64,000 nucleotides of DNA, from the NCBI GenBank assembly GCA_963668175.1, contig OY764159.1:1632001-1696000 (forward strand), written 5' to 3'. The translations under genes and the position numbers were made by a program. The notes below the pieces were generated by a model. It had not been told where the DNA came from and did not search any database. It saw only the letters and a list, made by a program, of their open reading frames with translations. This DNA is from Syntrophales bacterium (GTDB lineage Bacteria; Desulfobacterota; Syntrophia; Syntrophales; PHBD01). Every line of letters starts with the position of its first letter. Positions within the stretch are counted from its first letter, which is position 1. Shown in pieces: positions 1 through 8,362 of this stretch.

Positions 1-1092
1 GGTCAGCATGCAGGCCCCGCAATGAATGACAAGGCGATAGTCCCGGAGGTTGTCCGGAAAATCCCGTCCTGCGGCGACGACGGTCTCGATTTCGCCTCCC
101 GTGTATTGCCGCAGCCAGCGGGGAATCTTGACCCGCCCGATATCGTCCTGGAGGGGGTGATGCGAGCACGCCTCGGCGATGAGCACCTTGTCGCCCGGCT
201 GCAGGCCGTCGATGGCGGTTACGCCCTCCGCGGCGGCGGCGAGGTCGCCCTTCTGCCGGGCGAAGAGGATGGAGAAGGTCGTACAGGGGATGTCCCGGGG
301 AATATCGGCCGATACCTTGAGAATCGCCTGGGAATCGCAGACGGCGATGTCCGGCGGCTTCTTCAGGCAGGACAGAAGCGAGGGCAATTCCCTTTCCTTC
401 ACGACCAGCGCCGCGGCGTCGTTGTCCAGGGCATCCCGGATGGTCTGGACCTGGGGGAGGATCAGACGTCCCTTCGGGGCCTGCAGGTCGATGGGCGTCA
501 CCAGGACGGCGATGCCTCCGGGTGGAAGCAGGTCGCCGATAAGGGGCGGCGTCCGGAGAAAATCGTCCGGAGCCGTTTCGAGGAGGTGATTCTTCAGCGT
601 CTCCAGATAAGCGTCCCGGTTTTTTTCGTTGCGGCAGGAAAGTGGGACGATGCGGTCGCACTTGCTTCTGAGCCCGAACAGGAAGCGGGTCGACGGTTCT
701 TTCACGTCGGTCTTGTTGACGACGATCACGACCGGCGTGCCGTTTTCGCGGGCCCGCGCCAGGATCGCCTCTTCGTAAGCCGTCCATGTCTCCGCTTCCG
801 TAACGAGCAGGATCACGTCCGCCCGCCCGTACGCCTCATCCGTTTTTTTCAGCCGGACCCCGGAGAGGTCGGAGACGTCGTCAAGGCCTGCCGTATCGAG
901 GAAGAGCACGGGGCCGACGGGAAGAAGCTCCGCCGCCTTTTCCACGATGTCCGTCGTCGTTCCCGAGACGGGCGAAGTGACGGCGGCGTCCTGTCCCACG
1001 AGGAAGTTGAGAAGGCTCGACTTCCCCACGTTGGTCCTGCCGAAAAGCGCGATATGCAGCCTATTCCCCTTCGGTGTCGTCTCCATCGCCAT
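1..1092 (-). CDS. hydF: [FeFe]-hydrogenase H-cluster maturation GTPase HydF (partial, 3' end outside window)
   Basis: Missing from ORF track. Manual minus-strand translation from ATG 1092 gives MAMETTPKGNRLHIALFGRTNVGKSS (P-loop); same frame reads VIHCGACMLT (HydF HCxxC motif) at the window edge. Confidence 0.93.
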   Translation of the reverse strand, partial: MAMETTPKGNRLHIALFGRTNVGKSSLLNFLVGQDAAVTSPVSGTTTDIVEKAAELLPVGPVLFLDTAGLDDVSDLSGVRLKKTDEAYGRADVILLVTEAETWTAYEEAILARARENGTPVVIVVNKTDVKEPSTRFLFGLRSKCDRIVPLSCRNEKNRDAYLETLKNHLLETAPDDFLRTPPLIGDLLPPGGIAVLVTPIDLQAPKGRLILPQVQTIRDALDNDAAALVVKERELPSLLSCLKKPPDIAVCDSQAILKVSADIPRDIPCTTFSILFARQKGDLAAAAEGVTAIDGLQPGDKVLIAEACSHHPLQDDIGRVKIPRWLRQYTGGEIETVVAAGRDFPDNLRDYRLVIHCGACMLT

Positions 1093-2452
1093 ATCCCAAA
1101 GCCGTTAGCTGATAGGGCGAGAAGACCTTTTCCGTCAGGCCTCTACCCAGTTTCTCTTCCAGGAAAGCCCGCACCGTCTTTCCGTTTTCGTGTCTGAATT
1201 CCTCCATGACCGCCGCCGCCTTTTCGTATCCGATGAAGGGGAGCAGGGCCGTCACGATCATGGGGCTGTGGTCGAAATAGGCCCGGCAGGCCGATTCGTT
1301 GGCCGTAATCCGGCCGACGTAACCGTCCAGAAGGCCGTCGATGCCGGCGAGCAGATCGAGGGATTCCAGGAAAGCGTGGGCCAGGAGGGGCAAAAACTCG
1401 TTAATCTGCCAGGTCCCGCGGCTTGCGGCATCGGCGACGATGCCGTCGTTCCCCATGACCTTGATGCCCGTCTGAATCGCCGCCTCCAGGAGGACGGGAT
1501 TGACCTTGCCCGGCATGATGGACGATCCCGCCTGAAGGGCGGGGACGCCGATCTCCCCGGTGAAATTCAGGAGCCGCAGGTCGTTCGATATCTTGATCAG
1601 GTTGGCCGCATGGGCCTTCAGGATGCCGGATACTTCCACGAAGGGGTCGGCATTGGCCGTCTCTCCCGCCATGTTCTCCCCCCGCGAGAGCCCGAAGCCC
1701 GTCACGTCCCGAAGTTTCTCGACGACGACGAAGATGTAGTCCCGGGGCGCTGTAAGGCCCGTCCCGACGGCCGTTCCGCCGAGGTTGACGACGCGGAGCC
1801 GCTCTTCGCATTTTGCCGTCCGCCAGCGGTCGCGCGCCAGCGCTTCCGAGAAGGCCGAGAATTCGATGCCCAGCGTCAGGGGGACCGCCTCCTGCAATTC
1901 CGTCCGTCCGATCTTTACGATGCGGCCGAACTCCTTTTCCCTGTCCTGAAAAGCGCCCTGGAGCCGGGCAATGGCCCTGCTCAGGTTGCGCAGGCCGGCG
2001 ATGCCGGCGATCTTGACCGCCGTCGGGTAGACGTCGTTCGTGGACTGGTGGAGATTGACGTCTTCCAGGGGATGGACCAGCGCGTAATCCCCCTTTTGCC
2101 CGCCGAGAAGCTCGATGGCCCGGTTGGCGATCACCTCGTTGACGTTCATGTTCGTGGACGTTCCCGCGCCTCCCTGGAGGGCGTCCAGGGGGAAATGCTC
2201 CAGCAGCCGGCCGTTCAGCATTTCTTCACAGGCGCCTAGAATGGCCGGGACTTTCCGCCCCGTAAGATATCCCGTTTCGGCGTTCGCCAGGCAGCAGGCC
2301 TTCTTCACCAGGACGAGCGCCTTGATGAGCGAGGGACGCACGCGATACCCGCTGATCGGGAAATTACGGACGGCCCGCTCCGTGTGAATCCCCCAGTAAG
2401 CGTCGCGGGGCAGCGCCATTTCGCCGAGAAAGTCTTTTTCGATACGGTCCAT
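1061..2452 (-). CDS. aspA: Aspartate ammonia-lyase (fumarase/aspartase superfamily)
   Basis: QGGAGTSTNMNVNEV, QSTNDVYPT and GSSIMPGKVNP signature motifs; overlaps the hydF start. Confidence 0.9.
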   Translation of the reverse strand: MDRIEKDFLGEMALPRDAYWGIHTERAVRNFPISGYRVRPSLIKALVLVKKACCLANAETGYLTGRKVPAILGACEEMLNGRLLEHFPLDALQGGAGTSTNMNVNEVIANRAIELLGGQKGDYALVHPLEDVNLHQSTNDVYPTAVKIAGIAGLRNLSRAIARLQGAFQDREKEFGRIVKIGRTELQEAVPLTLGIEFSAFSEALARDRWRTAKCEERLRVVNLGGTAVGTGLTAPRDYIFVVVEKLRDVTGFGLSRGENMAGETANADPFVEVSGILKAHAANLIKISNDLRLLNFTGEIGVPALQAGSSIMPGKVNPVLLEAAIQTGIKVMGNDGIVADAASRGTWQINEFLPLLAHAFLESLDLLAGIDGLLDGYVGRITANESACRAYFDHSPMIVTALLPFIGYEKAAAVMEEFRHENGKTVRAFLEEKLGRGLTEKVFSPYQLTALGYGDGDDTEGE

Positions 2453-2509
2453 TTCCTCATCACTCCGTATGGACGGTGATTTCTTATGCAGTGATAAGCC
2501 TCTGGGGCC

Positions 2510-4078
2510 TTACGCAAGCACCATGCGCGCCGCCTTTTGGACTTCCGCCGGGGCCTTCGACAAATCCGGCCGGAGTCCGTCTGCAGGGTCCCCGGGCGGA
2601 GGTCCTTCAATGCTGCCGCCCAGCGGCAGGTAGACATAGAAGGACGTTCCGGTGCCTTCGGCGCTTGTCACTTCCACCCTGCCGGCGGCACGCTCGATCA
2701 GTTTCTTGACGATGGACAGCCCCAGCCCGTTCCCCTCGATCGCGCGTGTTTCCGGGCGCTTTTCCCGGTAAAACTCGTCGAATATCTTCGGCAGGCTCTC
2801 CGTCCGGATGCCGAGCCCGGTATCCCTGATGCTGATCAGGGCTTCGCCCGCGTTGCTGCGCATGATCCGGACCTGGATCCTGCCTCCGTCGCGGTTGTAT
2901 TTGATGGCGTTGCCGATCAGGTTCGTCAGGATCGTCCGCAGGTCATCCGGCCGGATCATGACGCCGGGCAGGTCGTTCGCCGAATCGACGGTGTAATGTA
3001 TCCTCCGGGCTTCAGCCTGTGCCTGGTAGAGGTCCCATATCTCTTCCAGCATGGCCTTGGGATCGACGGCCTGCAGCGGCGGTCCCTTGCGGCCTTCCAT
3101 TTCGATCTGCGTAAGGGACAGGAGATTCCCGATCAAATCCACCAGGTCGTCCAGGCGTTTTTCGGACCGTTCCAGAAGCGGCAGATAGGGTGTTATATCG
3201 TCCCCGAGGCTCCGGTCGCGGGCGACCTCCAGCATGCCTTTGACCGCCCCGAGAGGCGATCGAAACTCGTGGATGATCGTCCGGATGAACCTGGTTTTTT
3301 CCAGTGTCAGGCGGCGGATTTCCGAAATGTTCGAGGCCGTCAGGATATGCCCCAGGCTCTCCCCGCCGTCGGAATAGAAAGGCGACAGACTGACCATGTA
3401 GCGGCGGTCTTCGATTTCGATGTCGTAGACGCTGCGGCCGGCGATGGGAGCAACGATGGCCTCCTGAACCGCCGCAAAAGGCGAAGCCGCCAGTATGCCC
3501 GCCGCCGGCTGTCTCAGAAGCCTGTCCTCCTCGACGCCGAGAATCCTCACCATGGCCCGGTTGACGAGGACGATTTCCCCGTCCCGGTTGATGACCAGGA
3601 CGGCGTCGCGGAGATTCGCAACCAGCGAATGCGTTTGGCTCTTTTCCGAGGCGAGCTCGAAAAGGCTGGCTTCGTGGGCGAGCCTGAGCCGGGCCGCGTC
3701 TTCCCGGAGCTTCTTGTGTCGCAGGACGGTTTCGATCACGCCTATGAGATCGTCGGGCGAAAAAGGTTTCGGCAGAAAGAAATCGCATCCCTGCCGTGTG
3801 GCGGCGATGGCCGTTTCGATATTGGCATAGGCCGTAATCATGCAGGTCATGGCCTCCCGGTCCCGCGACTGGATCGCCTGCAGGAGCGTCAGCCCGTCGA
3901 TATCCGGCAGGCGGTAATCGATCAGGATCACATCGAACCGGCTGCGGTCCAGGGCCGTAAGGGCTTCCTGCCCCGTCTTGGCCTCCTCCGAATCGTAGCC
4001 TTCAAGGTCGAGGATTTGATGAATGCCCGTCCGGACGCCGTATTCATCGTCTATAATCAATACCCTGCCCTTGCTCAT
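2510..4078 (-). CDS. Hybrid sensor kinase: REC-PAS-HisKA-HATPase
   Basis: Receiver (IIDDE, DYRLP, LPKPF), PAS-like segment, H-box HEFRSPL, N-box NAIKYN, G-box GNGLGL. Confidence 0.9.
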   Translation of the reverse strand: MSKGRVLIIDDEYGVRTGIHQILDLEGYDSEEAKTGQEALTALDRSRFDVILIDYRLPDIDGLTLLQAIQSRDREAMTCMITAYANIETAIAATRQGCDFFLPKPFSPDDLIGVIETVLRHKKLREDAARLRLAHEASLFELASEKSQTHSLVANLRDAVLVINRDGEIVLVNRAMVRILGVEEDRLLRQPAAGILAASPFAAVQEAIVAPIAGRSVYDIEIEDRRYMVSLSPFYSDGGESLGHILTASNISEIRRLTLEKTRFIRTIIHEFRSPLGAVKGMLEVARDRSLGDDITPYLPLLERSEKRLDDLVDLIGNLLSLTQIEMEGRKGPPLQAVDPKAMLEEIWDLYQAQAEARRIHYTVDSANDLPGVMIRPDDLRTILTNLIGNAIKYNRDGGRIQVRIMRSNAGEALISIRDTGLGIRTESLPKIFDEFYREKRPETRAIEGNGLGLSIVKKLIERAAGRVEVTSAEGTGTSFYVYLPLGGSIEGPPPGDPADGLRPDLSKAPAEVQKAARMVLA

Positions 4079-4120
4079 GGATGCTACTCCGCTTCTCCCC
4101 GTGAGGTTCGTCAGGACGCG

Positions 4121-4525
4121 CTATTTGGCGGCCGACGTCTTCTGTTCTATGACCTTGAGTAATTGCAGCCCCGTGACCGGTTTATCCAGAAACGTGTCGA
4201 CCCCGGACCATTTCTTGAGCTCCGCGGCATCCTGATCGAAGCGGCGTCCCGTTGCGGAAGCGACCCCCGACAGCATGATCAGGGGAACGTCCCTGAACCG
4301 CTCCACCGAACGGATCTTCCTGGCCAGGGCAAAACCGGAATCGTAGTGCTCCATCATCAAATCGAGGATCATGACGTCAGGCGTCTCTTCTTCCAGAAGC
4401 TTGAGGGCCTCCTGGTCGTCTTCCGCCGTCAGGACGTCGTAGCCCCTGCTTGAAAAGAAAATAGACTGACTCGTAAGAAAATCGCGGTCGTCATCGACAA
4501 ACATAATTTTTTTTGCAGCACTCAT
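4121..4525 (-). CDS. Single-domain response regulator
   Basis: MSAAKKIMFVDDD...DLMME...LDKP; ATG 4525 overlaps the upstream stop (ATGA). Confidence 0.88.
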   Translation of the reverse strand: MSAAKKIMFVDDDRDFLTSQSIFFSSRGYDVLTAEDDQEALKLLEEETPDVMILDLMMEHYDSGFALARKIRSVERFRDVPLIMLSGVASATGRRFDQDAAELKKWSGVDTFLDKPVTGLQLLKVIEQKTSAAK

Positions 4526-6543
4526 GACAATACGCTCCTCCCTGCCATAGCCTGGTATTTCGGCAATTCGATATGAAAGGTGGTTCCCGATCCGACCTCC
4601 GACTCGCACCAGATCGTTCCGTAGTGCATTTTCACAATACCGTAGCAAATGGGGAGTCCCAGGCCGACCCCTTTGCCGATCCCCTTGGTTGTGAAAAAAG
4701 GCTGAAATATCCTTTCCTGGTCTTCCGTCGGTATCCCGCAGCCCTGATCGGCAATGGAGACACGGATGTGGGCACTGTCCGGCATCGTTTCGGCGCTTAT
4801 CCGGATCTCCCCTCCCTTGCCCCCCATGGCCTCATGGGCATTTTTGATGAGATTCACAAAAACCTGAGTCATTTGGTCCCTGTCCATGTCGCACGATATT
4901 TCCGGCGTCTGCGCGCAGCAGTTTATCGCGATGCCCGTCTCGGACGGCGAGGACGCCGAAAACGACGTTGTGACGATGTGGCGCAGCAATTCCCCGACAT
5001 TCACGGTTTCCAGCCGGATGCGGTTCTGGCGAGCGAAGTCCAGCAGGCCGCCGACGATCTTCTTGCACCGCTTAGCCTCCGCCACCAGAAGATCGAGATC
5101 GTGGTCGAGGTCGCCCCGGTCTTTCAGCTTGCGCTGCAGCAGATTCGTGTAGAGGAGAATCGTGCCCAGGGGATTGTTGAGTTCATGGGCCACGCCGGCC
5201 GCCAGCTGTCCCATGGATGCCAGCTTTTCCGTATTGATCAGGTGGCGGTGCACCTGGCGGATTTCCCCCCAGGGGAGGTGCAGGTCGTGGCAGACCCGCT
5301 CTGCCTGCTCGATCATGAAGGGCAGGCACATGGCCTCCTCCGCCAGCCCGTGGTGGACCGCAACGGCCTTGGCGCGGCAGGTGTCGTATCCGCAGGCCTT
5401 GCAGTTCAGTTCGTCTTCGATCGTGAATTTGTTCGTAAGGGCGAGAATCGCCCGTATCTCCTGCTCCGTCGGTTTCTCAAGCCTGTGGTCGTCCTTGTCG
5501 AAGGAGCGCGTAAGCCCGATTTCCGCATACTGTTCCATGGCCTGCTCCCGGCCGGGGTTGTCTTGATCGTGGCGGCGGCATTCGTTGACGTACTGCTTGA
5601 CGATATCCTGACGGTTGAACGGAAAGTCGCGGGTGCTCATGCCCGGGCCGTCGTGGCAGCCCCGGCAGATCAAGGGTTCGATCAGGAACGGTTGGATCTC
5701 CCTGCGCGCGGCCGCCGCCAGGACGGACGTCACTTCCTGCTGCCCGCTGATCGTTACGATATTGGCGTCCAGGAGGTCTGCTTCCATCCGGGCGCTTTTG
5801 AGGAGCCCGCCGCTTAAGGGAAAAGCCCGTCCCATGCCGGCCAGCGGCGGATCGAACCACCGTTCTTCAAGGTCTCTATGGTAGTCGCGTTTGCGGCGAA
5901 AGAGGGATTTCAATTCCCGGAAGGTCAACACTTCGTCGATGACCGGCGGCACCAGGGGGTCCCGGGCCTCCAGCTTCTTGGCGATGCAGGGGCCGATGAA
6001 AATGCAGCGCGTATCCTTGCCGTACATCGATCGGACGGCAAGGCCCGTGGCGATCATGGGGGAGACGATGGGGACGAGCCGGTCGGTGAAGTCCGGCTGG
6101 TATTTGCGGACGTACTCGATCACGGCCGGGCAGGAGGAGCCTATCCAGGGGCCTTCCGCATGTGTTTCGAGGAATTCCCGGTAAGCGCGGCTGACCAGGT
6201 CCGCGCCGAAGGCGACTTCGACGACGTATTGGAAGCCGGCGGCCTTCAGCGCGCCGATGATGCTGCCCGGCTTGATGCCGGGGAATTCGGCCGGGAAGGA
6301 AGGCGCAAGGAGGGCCGCGACGGGGGACCCCTCCCCGAGAATTTCTTCGGCCCGTTCCAGCCCGCCTGCGTAAGTTTTGGCGTCCTGCGAGCAGACGATC
6401 GTGCAGTTGCCGCAGGAGATACAGCGGCCGGGAACGACCGATGCCTGCCCGTCGACGATCTTGATCGCCTTGACGGGGCAGTCCCGCACGCAAGTGAAGC
6501 AGCGCCGGCAGTTCTGTTTTATGGTCAGTATCGCTTCGAACAA
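4522..6543 (-). CDS. Putative sensory (group C-type) [FeFe]-hydrogenase fused to a histidine kinase
   Basis: N-terminal 2x[4Fe-4S] motifs; H-domain motifs GSSCP, GPCIAKKLE, EPLICRGCHDGPG; FeS domain LNCKACGYDTC...MC; HELNNPL H-box and HATPase boxes. Confidence 0.88.
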   Translation of the reverse strand: MFEAILTIKQNCRRCFTCVRDCPVKAIKIVDGQASVVPGRCISCGNCTIVCSQDAKTYAGGLERAEEILGEGSPVAALLAPSFPAEFPGIKPGSIIGALKAAGFQYVVEVAFGADLVSRAYREFLETHAEGPWIGSSCPAVIEYVRKYQPDFTDRLVPIVSPMIATGLAVRSMYGKDTRCIFIGPCIAKKLEARDPLVPPVIDEVLTFRELKSLFRRKRDYHRDLEERWFDPPLAGMGRAFPLSGGLLKSARMEADLLDANIVTISGQQEVTSVLAAAARREIQPFLIEPLICRGCHDGPGMSTRDFPFNRQDIVKQYVNECRRHDQDNPGREQAMEQYAEIGLTRSFDKDDHRLEKPTEQEIRAILALTNKFTIEDELNCKACGYDTCRAKAVAVHHGLAEEAMCLPFMIEQAERVCHDLHLPWGEIRQVHRHLINTEKLASMGQLAAGVAHELNNPLGTILLYTNLLQRKLKDRGDLDHDLDLLVAEAKRCKKIVGGLLDFARQNRIRLETVNVGELLRHIVTTSFSASSPSETGIAINCCAQTPEISCDMDRDQMTQVFVNLIKNAHEAMGGKGGEIRISAETMPDSAHIRVSIADQGCGIPTEDQERIFQPFFTTKGIGKGVGLGLPICYGIVKMHYGTIWCESEVGSGTTFHIELPKYQAMAGRSVLS

Positions 6544-6573
6544 AGTATCCTCGCTTTCGCCTCCGCCGGCGGA

Positions 6574-8298
6574 TTAACGCGTGTCTCCGGTCTGCCGCTC
6601 CGCTTTCCTGCGATCCGTGTACTGCCTGTGGAGAAGCCGGTGACTGGCATGACTCAGGGGTTTTCCCAGCACATCGCGATAGAGGGCTTTCACTTGCTCG
6701 TTTTCGTGAGACAGCCGTACCTCGGACTTTTGGTCCGTATCGTAGATCCGCTTCAGGCGCTTCCTGACGCCTTCGAGGTCGGTATCGTAGGGCTGTCCGC
6801 CGCCGCCGACGCAGCCGCCGGGGCAGGTCATGACCTCAATGAAGTGAAGAGACGGGCCGCCGGAGTTCATCGAATCGATCAATGCCTTGACTTCGCCCAG
6901 GCCGTTGACGACGGCGAAGTTGAGGGTTGCCCCTCCGATTGCGAGGGAGAAAACCTTGAGATTATCGAGGCCGCGGGCGGGCATGACTTTGAGCCCCCCC
7001 TTGAGTTCTTCCCCGGTCAGCAGTTTGTGGGCGGTGCGGATGGCCGCCTCCATGACGCCGCCCGTTGCGGCGAATATCCGTCCGGCTCCGGTGGCTTCTG
7101 CAAAAGGGGTATCCAGAGACCCCCGCGCCCCCTTGGGCGACAGGGATGTTCCGAAACGGCCGAGGAGTTCCTTCAGTTCCCGCGTCGTGAGGACCGCATC
7201 GACATCGCCCAGGTCCTGCGCTTCGAACTTCTTGGCGGTGCAGGGCATGATCGAGACGGAGAAGACGCGCTTGCTGCCCGTATCGGCCTTGGCCGGATAG
7301 AATTCCTTGATGAGGGCGCCGCCCATCTGCTGCGGCGATTTACAGGTGGAGAGATGCGGGATCAGCTCCGGCCGGTGAAGCTCCACGTACCGGACCCAGC
7401 CGGGAGAGCAGCTCGTAAACATCGGCAGGGCGCCGCCCGTCTTCACGCGTTCGATCAGTTCCGAGACTTCCTCCATGATCGTCAAGTCCGCCATGAAAGA
7501 CGTATCGAAAACAGCCGCGAAACCGATGCCCTTAAGGGCTCCGGCGAGGATCTCCAGAAGATCCGTCACCGATTTTATTTCCACGTCTTCCAGGAGCGTC
7601 ACCGGAACCGCCGGCGCCACCTGGGCGACGACCGTCGTGTCGGGGTCGGCAAGTGCCCTGATCACCATGTCGACATGGTTCTTTTCCGTCAGGGCGCCCG
7701 TGGGACATACGCGCACGCACTGTCCGCAGTAAATGCATCCCGATACGTTCAGCCCTTTATAGAAGGCCGGATCGATCCTGGTGTCGTAACCCCGCGCCGT
7801 GAAGTCGATGGCGCCGACGCCCTGAACGCCGTGGCATACCGCCACGCACCGCCCGCAGAGGATGCATTTGCTGGGTTCCCTGACGATCGACGGGGAAGAG
7901 ACGTCGATCGGGTGGGTTTTCTTCTTTCCGGAGTACCGCTTCCTGTTGACGCCCAGATCGGAGGCGAGCGAAGACAGTTCGCAGCTGCCGTTGCGGGGGC
8001 AGAAGAGACAGTCGTCGGGATGGCTGGCCAGGAGCAGCTCCAGGATATTGCGCCGGGCCGCCTGAATGCGCGGCGTATGGGTCCGCACCGTCATTCCGTC
8101 CCGGGCGACCGTCGTACAGCTCGTCTGCATGCGCGGCAGGTCGTCCACCTCCACCACGCACAACCGGCAGGCGGCGGGCTGTGAGTGCGCACCCTCAAAG
8201 GTGCAAAGGTGAGGGATTTCGATGCCCGCGCGGCGGGCGGCCTGGAGAATTGTTTCGTTGGGTTTCCATTCGATCTGCGTATTGTTGATGGTTATCAT
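6574..8298 (-). CDS. hydA: [FeFe]-hydrogenase catalytic subunit, group A3 (HydA/HndD-like)
   Basis: [2Fe-2S], His-ligated [4Fe-4S] (HPDDCLFC), 2x[4Fe-4S]; L1 TSCSPGW, L2 MPCTAKKFE, L3 EVMTCPGGCVGGGG. Confidence 0.93.
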   Translation of the reverse strand: MITINNTQIEWKPNETILQAARRAGIEIPHLCTFEGAHSQPAACRLCVVEVDDLPRMQTSCTTVARDGMTVRTHTPRIQAARRNILELLLASHPDDCLFCPRNGSCELSSLASDLGVNRKRYSGKKKTHPIDVSSPSIVREPSKCILCGRCVAVCHGVQGVGAIDFTARGYDTRIDPAFYKGLNVSGCIYCGQCVRVCPTGALTEKNHVDMVIRALADPDTTVVAQVAPAVPVTLLEDVEIKSVTDLLEILAGALKGIGFAAVFDTSFMADLTIMEEVSELIERVKTGGALPMFTSCSPGWVRYVELHRPELIPHLSTCKSPQQMGGALIKEFYPAKADTGSKRVFSVSIMPCTAKKFEAQDLGDVDAVLTTRELKELLGRFGTSLSPKGARGSLDTPFAEATGAGRIFAATGGVMEAAIRTAHKLLTGEELKGGLKVMPARGLDNLKVFSLAIGGATLNFAVVNGLGEVKALIDSMNSGGPSLHFIEVMTCPGGCVGGGGQPYDTDLEGVRKRLKRIYDTDQKSEVRLSHENEQVKALYRDVLGKPLSHASHRLLHRQYTDRRKAERQTGDTR

Positions 8299-8362
8299 CT
8301 TGGCATTTCCTTTTTAGTAGTAAGCCGAATCCGGTTCATCCGTCCCCGGTCCCTGACGCGGG

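Noticed and set aside
22..1197. 391-aa plus-strand ORF
   Set aside because: Antisense shadow of hydF, which has clear motifs on the minus strand.
2537..8184. Long plus-strand ORFs (541, 414, 768 aa)
   Set aside because: Antisense to kinase and hydrogenase genes; expected from high-GC codon bias; no motifs.
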